Assembly (NCBI GenBank): GCA_040003545.1
Contig: JBDUCF010000001.1
Span: 1 to 31,856, forward strand
Source: Pyrinomonadaceae bacterium
GTDB lineage: Bacteria > Acidobacteriota > Blastocatellia > Pyrinomonadales > Pyrinomonadaceae
DNA: 31,856 bases
Reading direction: 5' to 3'
Made by a program: the position numbers and the translations under genes. Positions within the stretch are counted from its first letter, which is position 1. Each line of letters opens with the position of its first letter. This document shows positions 8,656-16,363 of this stretch, piece by piece. Below the pieces are notes generated by a model. It was not told where the DNA came from. It did no database searches and was given only the letters and a program-made list of their open reading frames with translations.

Positions 8656-11385
8656 TCATACAATCGCGAAATCAAATTGCTCCTGGTGGACGCGTGGATC
8701 GCTGGCGACGTCAACGGCGCCAAGGTAGGCTTCGATCTCTGCCAACACATCGTTTTCCGCGTGCAATGCGCGGGCAACCTCGGGATTAACCCGCAAGGTG
8801 GTCTGCTTGGCACGCTTGGCATCCGGTTCTTTCCCCAGACGTCGAGCCTGTTCCAGAATCTCGTAGCAGATTGTCTGCGGAGATTTTATTAGGCCCGCTC
8901 CCTGGCAGTAATTGCAGGGCGAGCATAGCGTTCTTTCCAGCGACTGCTTGACCCGTTTGCGCGTCATAATCACCAAACCAAAGTCATTAAACGAAAGAAC
9001 TTTGGTGGGCGACTTATCGCCCATGAGAGCTTCCTGCAGGGCCTGCATCACTCGCTGGCGGTTGCGGCGCTCTTCCATGTCGATCAAATCGAGTACGATA
9101 ATGCCGCCGAGGTCTCGCAAACGGATTTGCCTCACGATCTCGTCGACAGCTTCCAGGTTTGTGCGGGTAATCGTATCTTCCAAACGGCTGCCCCCACGAC
9201 CCACGAACTTTCCCGTATTGACATCGATGGCCACCAGCGCCTCAGTTTGATTAATGACCAGGTAACCACCGGATCTGAGCCATACCCGCGGCTTGATGGC
9301 TTTATCGATTTCAGCTTGCACCGCAAAGGCTTCAAGGATCGGCTCGTCCCGAGTGTAGAGTTTCACGCGCTTCACCATTTTTGGCTGTACGCGATTAACG
9401 AACTCGACAATGCGCTGGAATTCGTCTTCCGAATCCACCCGAATGGCCGTGAAGTCGTCGGAAAGCTGATCCCGCAAGATGCGTTGCACCAGATCGAGAT
9501 CCTTGTGCGCGATGGCGGGAGCTTTCGCCTTCTCCGCGTTGCGCCGAATCTCCAACCACGTGCGCACCAGGTAGCGCGCGTCCTCCCGCAGATCCGCTTC
9601 GCTGATGCCTATCCCGGCTGTGCGCACGATGAAGCCGCCCGAGGGCACATCTTCTTCCGCGCGAATTACCTGAATTAATTTGCGCAGCCGCGTCCGCTCG
9701 CTATCCGATTCGATTTTGCGAGAGACGCCGACGTGCTCCACGGTCGGCATGTAAACCAGAAAACGTCCCGGTAGAGCAATATGTGACGTGATGCGCGCGC
9801 CCTTCTTGGCGATTGGCTCTTTGGCGATCTGCACCAGGATTTCCTGACCTTCGCGCAGCAGATCGGTAATTGCGGGCTGCTGGTGATCTCGGCGCGAGCT
9901 ACGGTGTCCGCCGCGTCCTCTGCTCGGACGATCTTCCCGAGCCGGGCCGCGCGGCGCACGAGAGGCGCTTGATCCGTTCTCCGCAACTTTAGGTTCAGCG
10001 GCCTTTGGTTCGGCGGCCTTTGTCTCTGCGGGCTGATCGCTAACCTCGTCGGCGGCTTCGGGCGTTTCGTCTTTTCCATTTGTGCCCTGCTCTTCGCCGG
10101 CTGCGGCCGGCCGCTGGGGCTTGCGCCGCCGTCTTCCGCCGCGCCGGGTCGCAAACTCTTCATGTATGCGCCCGCTGGTAATCCCTGCTTCGCCATCGGG
10201 ATATCCGTCGTCGCGATCACTCAATCCAGCCGGGGTCAACTCGGATTCTCCAGCAGCGATGTCTTTTTCTTTTTTCGCGGCAGGTTTCTTGGTGATACGC
10301 GACAAAGCAGAAGCAACTTTCTTTGTCACACCGCCGCGAGATTTTCGTCTGGCCGCAGGCTGAGGTACTTCAGCCGCCAGAGTGGTTTTCGATTCTGAGG
10401 TTGGCTCGTCATCACTGACGCGTTCGAAGTTGGATTGTCTAACGCTCTCCTCGATAACTTCGTCTACGAAATCAGAAACGTGCGCTTCGACCATTTGACG
10501 GGGGCGGGAACGCTCCGAGACGACGGTCCCGGCACTGAGGTCACTATCATCCACGCGTTGAAACGAGCTATCGGCAGAGCGGCCGGCCGGCAATAACTTT
10601 CCGACTTCAGCACTCGAGACGTCATCCATATCAAATTCGACTGCATGAATTTGATCGAAAAGACGCTCCTGAAGCCGCGCGTCTTTGAACATGGCCCCGT
10701 TTTCGGCCGCGGCACGCTCATCCTCGTCCACTACGCGCTCGAACGACGAGGCCGCAGTAAGGAAAGGAGTGTCTATTGCTTCGGACTCAGGAAGGCGGGG
10801 CAGCACACTCTTCACATCTTTGGATTGGCTCTCTTCGGAAGCGTCTTCGGCGCCGCGACCGCGCCGGCGACCCCGCCGGCCGCGCCGTCGCGTACCCGAT
10901 TCAGCAGACTCGGTTTCGTCCGCAGCCTGGGCTGGTGTCTGTGCAGGCGACTCCGGCAGAGGTTGAGATTCAGCCTCGATTGCAATCTCGCCTGGTTCGA
11001 TCTCTCGTAGTGGCTCCGCGCGCTCGTGAGTGGCCTCGATCTGACGTTCTCGTTCGACGCGTGCCAGATGAATCTGTTCGGCAGCATCGCGCGCCGCCGT
11101 TTCCGGGTCCACCTTTTTGGATTTATCTACCACGATGCGTTCGAATTCCTCTTCCTCATCAAAGAAATCCGACACGTAAAGGAAGGCGTCGCGGTCGAGC
11201 CCGATGTCCACGAAAGCGGACTGCATACCGGGCAGCACGCGCATTACGCGGCCTTTATAGATGTTGCCGACGATGCCTTGATTCTCTTCACCACGCTCGA
11301 TGTAGAACTCAGTGACGCGTTCGTTTTCGATGATCGCGATTTTCTTTTCACGTCCATTGACGCTAACGATTAATTCTTTTGCCAT
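8656..11385 (-). CDS. Rne/Rng-family ribonuclease (RNase E/G) with a large insertion in the S1 domain
   Basis: GNIYKGRVMRVLPGMQSAFVDIG, EILVQIAKEPIAKKGARIT, IDVNTGKF, DLGGIIVLDLIDM, C-x-x-C zinc link (CNYC). AGGAG lies upstream of the ATG. The protein ends right after the catalytic domain. Confidence 0.95.
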   Translation of the reverse strand: MAKELIVSVNGREKKIAIIENERVTEFYIERGEENQGIVGNIYKGRVMRVLPGMQSAFVDIGLDRDAFLYVSDFFDEEEEFERIVVDKSKKVDPETAARDAAEQIHLARVERERQIEATHERAEPLREIEPGEIAIEAESQPLPESPAQTPAQAADETESAESGTRRRGRRGRRRGRGAEDASEESQSKDVKSVLPRLPESEAIDTPFLTAASSFERVVDEDERAAAENGAMFKDARLQERLFDQIHAVEFDMDDVSSAEVGKLLPAGRSADSSFQRVDDSDLSAGTVVSERSRPRQMVEAHVSDFVDEVIEESVRQSNFERVSDDEPTSESKTTLAAEVPQPAARRKSRGGVTKKVASALSRITKKPAAKKEKDIAAGESELTPAGLSDRDDGYPDGEAGITSGRIHEEFATRRGGRRRRKPQRPAAAGEEQGTNGKDETPEAADEVSDQPAETKAAEPKAAEPKVAENGSSASRAPRGPAREDRPSRGRGGHRSSRRDHQQPAITDLLREGQEILVQIAKEPIAKKGARITSHIALPGRFLVYMPTVEHVGVSRKIESDSERTRLRKLIQVIRAEEDVPSGGFIVRTAGIGISEADLREDARYLVRTWLEIRRNAEKAKAPAIAHKDLDLVQRILRDQLSDDFTAIRVDSEDEFQRIVEFVNRVQPKMVKRVKLYTRDEPILEAFAVQAEIDKAIKPRVWLRSGGYLVINQTEALVAIDVNTGKFVGRGGSRLEDTITRTNLEAVDEIVRQIRLRDLGGIIVLDLIDMEERRNRQRVMQALQEALMGDKSPTKVLSFNDFGLVIMTRKRVKQSLERTLCSPCNYCQGAGLIKSPQTICYEILEQARRLGKEPDAKRAKQTTLRVNPEVARALHAENDVLAEIEAYLGAVDVASDPRVHQEQFDFAIV

Positions 11386-12120
11386 GTTTGGTTTGTGTCT
11401 CCTGGTACGATCGTCTGCCCCACTGTGCTGGCCGGGGCACTAAAGCGCGCGCGTTCCGTAGAAGGGCGCCGGCGCTCCCGGACTGATCAGTCTGCGTTGG
11501 GATCGTTCTGTACAGATTGTGAAGTGTTGCCGGCATGCCACCTTGAAGCCCAAAGGCCGGGCGCACGCTGCATGCACGGGTAGCGAAAACAGGAAAGAGA
11601 TCGCCGTGAGATGTTAAGGTAAAAACGCGAGCGCCAGAGCGCCGCGTGTGCGAAGTGATAGCCCGGCGCACAGCCTTTTGGCTTGCGAGGCGCGGCAATC
11701 GCTTCTTATTGTTGATGATTCGTGAGCCGCGCGCAGGATTCATCCGGGACGGACGAATCTCTTGGTTTGCGCAAAGGCAGTAGGACAGGTCCAACTGGAA
11801 GCTCCGTAGGGCCGCTCGCTCTTTGCTGGAGCGACCTCGCAGTCAGGGAGCACTCTTACGAAACGACATGCTCTGAAACCTGGTTCTGCGTGTATCAATT
11901 CCGCTCCGATCCGGGCTTTTCAAATCGCGCCCTCGAGCTCAATCCGAGGCGGCCCTGGGGATCGTCTGCGTAACTCAGTAAAAGTCAAAACTGGCCGTTC
12001 ACTTAACGACCGCAAAATTCTTGTCTCGCCTGACGGTGCGCACTGGAAACCTTGTTGCCTGTGCTGAATGTCTACAAACGCTTGGTTGGCATTCGATGCG
12101 TCGGGAAGGACGAGCAAAGG
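11386..12120 (-). promoter_or_regulatory. Candidate long structured 5' leader of the RNase E/G gene
   Basis: About 770-nt gap without a convincing ORF, containing several stem-loops: 11416-11439, 11737-11759 (10-bp stem), 11816-11834 and 11993-12011. Confidence 0.45.
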
Positions 12121-12121
12121 G

Positions 12122-12150
12122 AGTATAGCGGAAAGCCCTTGAAAAGCGAA
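12122..12150 (-). promoter_or_regulatory. Candidate promoter upstream of the rne leader
   Basis: Minus strand has a good -10 (TATACT, 12122-12127) and a weak -35 (TTCGCT) at 17-nt spacing, just after the kinase stop codon. Confidence 0.3.
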
Positions 12151-12156
12151 GTCATA

Positions 12157-14589
12157 TCAGCGGGAAATCCTGCTAATCAGCGCTTTGAACCGCGAATCGT
12201 CACGAAGTGAGGCCAGATTGGGATCGTGCTCGAAGCAGGGACGGTTTTCGTTTCCCAGAGACACGGAGCGCTCCAGCCACTCGAATGCCTGGTCGGATTC
12301 TTTCTCAAGCGCGTACACCGAGCCAAGGGAATACGCAATGTCCGCATCGACGGCGGCGTTTCGTTTGACCGCGTCGGTAAGTTCGGCGCGCGCGGCTTCA
12401 TGTTGTCCCAGCGTACTCAGACACATTGCCAGAAAGGGGCGTACGCCGTGCATGTTGGGATGCCGATCCACGACTTGGCGCAGCAGGGTAGTAGCGTTTT
12501 CAGTCTCACCGAGGTAGTAAAGCGTCAGGGCGCGAAAAGTCTTGAGCAGGGGATTGTTTGGCTCGATCGCGGTGGCCTGATCCAGCTCGCGCATAGCCTC
12601 CTGTGGCTGGCCCTTGAAAATCAGGATCAGCGCCCGGTTGTAGCTGACAACGACATGCGCAGCCGGATCCAGACGCACGAGGCGGTCGTAACTGCGCAAA
12701 GCGCGTTCGTATTCGCCGTCGAGACGATGCAAGGTGGCTTTCACGAAGTGCACTACTGCTTCGTTTGGCGCTTCGCGACGCATGCGCGTCACCTCCTCGC
12801 GGGCCTTTTGTTTCTCTCCCCGCCAAAGGTAAACGAAAACCATTAACATGCGGGCTTCGATTAGATCGGGATCGAGCGCCAGAGCCTTGTTGAAAGCGGC
12901 TTCGGCTCGCTCGTAATCCTCCGCCCCACCCAAACCTTTGTGTACCCGATTTACATAACTGGCGCCGAGGCCGTCGTAGGCGAGGGCAAACTCCGGATCG
13001 AGTTCTATGGCGCGTTTGAAATGATTTATTGCCGCGTCACAGTCTTCCGAGGCTACGGTGCGGAAAATGAATCGCGCGAACAAATCGCGGCCGCGGAGAT
13101 ATTCTTCGTAGGCAGCGGCGTTCACCGTTGTTGGCTGGGCCAGGCCGGCTTGTTCGTCGGGACTCAGCTCCAGCCGCAATCCATCAACAATGCGCTGGGC
13201 GATTGTGTCCTGTACGGCGATGATGTCCGCCGCCGCTGCGTCTATGCGGTCGCTCCACAAGATGTCGCCGGTCGCTACGTCGAGCAGTTGTGCGGTCACC
13301 CGAAACCGTTCGCCGACATGAAAGAACCCGGTAGCCAGAACGGCAGTGACGTTTAGCTCGCGCCCTACGTCGCGCGGATCAACCGGCTGGCCCTGATACT
13401 TCGCGATGACGGACGAAGGCCGCACAACCAGCGAACGAATGCGGGCCAACTCGGTGATCACCGCGTCTGCCAGGGAAAACTCGTAGAAGCTTGATGCGGG
13501 GTCATTGTTCAGGTTTTTGAAAGGCAGGATGGCAATACTCTTTTTTTCGCGATCGGCAACAGTGGTGAACGGCGTCTCATGAAGAGTGGTTGGAGTACGC
13601 TGCGACGTGCCCGGAGTGCTGGTCTGTGATGGCGCCGTCGTTTTCGTCCGCAGCCACCGCATTGCCCGCGACACCGGATTAGCGCCGGCGATATGCCGGG
13701 GAGGGGCCGGCATTCCAGTCTCAACGACTTCACCAGGCGTCGATATTTCGCGCAGCACGCCTCGCAGATCATCCTGCAACTCAACGATCTTCTGGTAACG
13801 ATCGCGCGGCTCCTTAGCCATCGCCCGATCCAGGATCTGCTGCAGTCGGGGCGGTATGGGTTCTTTGCGTGTTTCGCTAACAGGCTTTGCGGCGTCGTGA
13901 ATCACTGCATGACGGACGTCGACGCTGGATTTGCCGCGAAAGGGCCATGTGCCCGTCAGCATCTCGTAAAGCAGCACGCCGGTGGAAAAAATGTCAGCCC
14001 GCGCATCGACGCGATCGCCGCGGGCCTGTTCGGGCGCGGCGTAGGTGGCGGTGCCATAGGGCACACCGACCTCAGTTAGCTCGGTCTGATGAATTTGCTT
14101 GGAGGCGGCCTCGTTCTCGTCTAATAACTTTGCCAATCCGAAGTCCAGAATCTTTACCTGGCCGGAGTCGGTGACCATCACGTTGCCGGATTTTATATCG
14201 CGGTGAATGATGCCGCGCGCGTGTGCCGCTGCCAGCGCATCGGTAACCTGCGTAGCAATTAAGAGAGCGCTGCGCAGCTCCAGTGGCCGGCCGCCCACCA
14301 GCTGGCGGACGTTGCGTCCTTCGACGTATTGCATGGTGATGAAGTGCAGGCCATTGGCCTCGTCCAGGTCGAAGATGGTGCAAATATTAGGATGGTCCAG
14401 CGTGGAAGCGAGGCGGGCTTCGCGTTCAAAGCGCTTGAGGTTGGTTTCTTTTACCGTCAGCTCGGCAGGCAGAACTTTGACCACAACGGTGCGGCCCAGC
14501 TTGTTGTCGGTGGCTTTATAAACCGCGCCTTGTCCGCCGGCACCGATCTTCTGCGTGATTTTGTAATTGCCGAGAGTTTGCCCGACCAT
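12157..14589 (-). CDS. Cytoplasmic Hanks-type Ser/Thr protein kinase with TolB-N/FlgO-like and TPR domains
   Basis: GAGGQGAVY, VVVK, HRDIKSGN, DFG, GTATYAAPEQ, DIFSTG; then SIAILPFKNL...LADAVITEL and TPR-like repeats. No transmembrane helix is evident. Confidence 0.93.
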   Translation of the reverse strand: MVGQTLGNYKITQKIGAGGQGAVYKATDNKLGRTVVVKVLPAELTVKETNLKRFEREARLASTLDHPNICTIFDLDEANGLHFITMQYVEGRNVRQLVGGRPLELRSALLIATQVTDALAAAHARGIIHRDIKSGNVMVTDSGQVKILDFGLAKLLDENEAASKQIHQTELTEVGVPYGTATYAAPEQARGDRVDARADIFSTGVLLYEMLTGTWPFRGKSSVDVRHAVIHDAAKPVSETRKEPIPPRLQQILDRAMAKEPRDRYQKIVELQDDLRGVLREISTPGEVVETGMPAPPRHIAGANPVSRAMRWLRTKTTAPSQTSTPGTSQRTPTTLHETPFTTVADREKKSIAILPFKNLNNDPASSFYEFSLADAVITELARIRSLVVRPSSVIAKYQGQPVDPRDVGRELNVTAVLATGFFHVGERFRVTAQLLDVATGDILWSDRIDAAAADIIAVQDTIAQRIVDGLRLELSPDEQAGLAQPTTVNAAAYEEYLRGRDLFARFIFRTVASEDCDAAINHFKRAIELDPEFALAYDGLGASYVNRVHKGLGGAEDYERAEAAFNKALALDPDLIEARMLMVFVYLWRGEKQKAREEVTRMRREAPNEAVVHFVKATLHRLDGEYERALRSYDRLVRLDPAAHVVVSYNRALILIFKGQPQEAMRELDQATAIEPNNPLLKTFRALTLYYLGETENATTLLRQVVDRHPNMHGVRPFLAMCLSTLGQHEAARAELTDAVKRNAAVDADIAYSLGSVYALEKESDQAFEWLERSVSLGNENRPCFEHDPNLASLRDDSRFKALISRISR

Positions 14590-14678
14590 TTGCGTGGGCG
14601 TATTTAACTCCTAACCGCCTTAGACTGCAACAGTCACTGCGCTCCAAAAAGATCAGCGGCCAACATTCCGCGGCGGGT

Positions 14679-15101
14679 TCATGGGGAGCCTTCGTTGAGT
14701 AGGTCGATGTACCCGGCCAAAGCCACCGCGCGTCTCTTCACCACTTCTAGACGCTCCGCGATACGCATGGGGATGTACATCGTGCCTTGCAGCGTATCGT
14801 AAATACTGTCGATGACTTTGAATTCTGAATCACGATATTTGAGCCAGTCGAGTTGCGCGGTCTTCAAAACCACCTTTTGCGCCGGTTTTAGCTGGCGCAT
14901 TAGCTGCACGTAGTTCTGGTTGAGCTCGCGGTCCCAGGCGGCATAAGCTTTGTCGGTACAGCGGATTGTGCCGGCCGTCGATCCGTCCTTGTCAGTGCAG
15001 GCATCAAGCGCCTTGTCAATCGGATGGGTGCTGGTTTCCTGCGCGAACAAAATCAGGGGTAGTAATAAAAGGACGAGAAAAGAAAGATATAGACGTGTCA
15101 T
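14679..15101 (-). CDS. Exported DUF1311/LprI lysozyme-inhibitor-like protein
   Basis: Signal peptide, then LDAC...STAGTIRC...WDRELNQNY..L...LKTAQLDWLKYRD, typical of DUF1311. Confidence 0.8.
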   Translation of the reverse strand: MTRLYLSFLVLLLLPLILFAQETSTHPIDKALDACTDKDGSTAGTIRCTDKAYAAWDRELNQNYVQLMRQLKPAQKVVLKTAQLDWLKYRDSEFKVIDSIYDTLQGTMYIPMRIAERLEVVKRRAVALAGYIDLLNEGSP

Positions 15102-15169
15102 GTGAAGCTCTCCTGCTCGGAAGCGAAAACTGCTGGCCGTGGCCAGGCCGCGATGCCCGCGCTACCAAA

Positions 15170-16291
15170 TCAATTCACGAATCGCCGCAGTTGCACGCTG
15201 ATGGCAAAGCCAATAGCAATAAATGTGGAGAGGACTGAAGACAGTCCCGCACTCATCAGAGGAAGCGGCACGCCTATGACCGGCAACAACCCCAGCGCCA
15301 TGCCAACGTTGATGAAAATCTGAAAGATAAGTCCGCCTACTATGGCCATGATCACCAGCATCCCGGTCCGGTCCCGGGAGCGGCGGGCGTCGGAAACCAG
15401 GCGCAAAAGCAGTATCGCGTAGGCCGCCAGCAGCAGCAGGCCGCCAACGAACCCCGTCGTCTCTGCGGTGACGGCGAAGATGAAATCGGTGTGCGGCTCC
15501 GGCAGAAATTTCAGACGGCTCTGCGAATAATCCGACGAGGCGCGCGTGCCTGTTAGTCCACCTTCGCCTACCGTGATGATCGATTGCCAGGTGTGATAAC
15601 CAAAGCCGCGCTTATCTGCATTTTCCGGATCCAGGATGACATTGATGCGCTCAAGTTTATAGCCGTGCAGGATTCCGGTCCTTACACCAATCATGTAGCT
15701 TGCCGGCGCCGCAACTACGGCAAATACCAGGGCTGCAATTACCAACCACATGCGCACCGAAGAGAGGAAGATTACGATTGCCAGCAGCGGCAAATAGGTC
15801 AGGCACTGGCCCACATCCGGCTCAAGCATTATGAGTCCGATGGGTAAACCAAGAATGCCGAGGCCGACGATCACTTCCCACCAGGAAAGGGCGCCCTGAC
15901 GATGCTTGCCGAAATACTTTGCCAGCATCAGGACCACCGGAATCTTTACGAACTCGGAGGGCTGAAACTGGCCCAGCCCCGGCAGCTTGATCCAGCAACG
16001 CTGGCCGTTGACTCTCATTCCTATTCCGGGAACAAGTACGACCACCAGCAACAGCAATCCAAAGACATAGAACGCAGGTGCAAATTCCACTAACCGCCGG
16101 TAGTCAGTGAAGGCAATTGCCAGCATCGCCACCAGAGCTATGCCGAGACCGATCAACTGCTTTTGCCAGAAGGCTTCGGTTGGCTGTGCGTTATGGATTT
16201 CCCATGCGCCAAAGCAGACGATGATCGTAGCCAGCAGAGCCAGCATCCAATCGAAGTCTCTTAAGCTGTGTCGTTCCAGGATAGCGACCAT
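15170..16291 (-). CDS. rodA: Rod shape-determining SEDS glycosyltransferase RodA
   Basis: Multi-TM protein with FQPSEFVK, EPDVG, FLPEPHTDFIF, GVPLPLMSAG; directly downstream of mrdA. Confidence 0.95.
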   Translation of the reverse strand: MVAILERHSLRDFDWMLALLATIIVCFGAWEIHNAQPTEAFWQKQLIGLGIALVAMLAIAFTDYRRLVEFAPAFYVFGLLLLVVVLVPGIGMRVNGQRCWIKLPGLGQFQPSEFVKIPVVLMLAKYFGKHRQGALSWWEVIVGLGILGLPIGLIMLEPDVGQCLTYLPLLAIVIFLSSVRMWLVIAALVFAVVAAPASYMIGVRTGILHGYKLERINVILDPENADKRGFGYHTWQSIITVGEGGLTGTRASSDYSQSRLKFLPEPHTDFIFAVTAETTGFVGGLLLLAAYAILLLRLVSDARRSRDRTGMLVIMAIVGGLIFQIFINVGMALGLLPVIGVPLPLMSAGLSSVLSTFIAIGFAISVQLRRFVN

Positions 16292-16363
16292 GGCATTGTG
16301 AATCGAGAACGGTAAACCGTTAATGGCCTCTAATTTAGTTCAGAGCTCAATCTTCATTCGAAC

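Noticed and set aside
11363-11794. 143-aa ORF upstream of rne
   Set aside because: No recognisable motif or Shine-Dalgarno; it overlaps the rne start out of frame and crosses hairpin-rich sequence.
13980-14560. Kinase as a pseudokinase (GGQG loop, YAAPE)
   Set aside because: The catalytic Lys, HRD, Asn and DFG are all present, so it is probably active.
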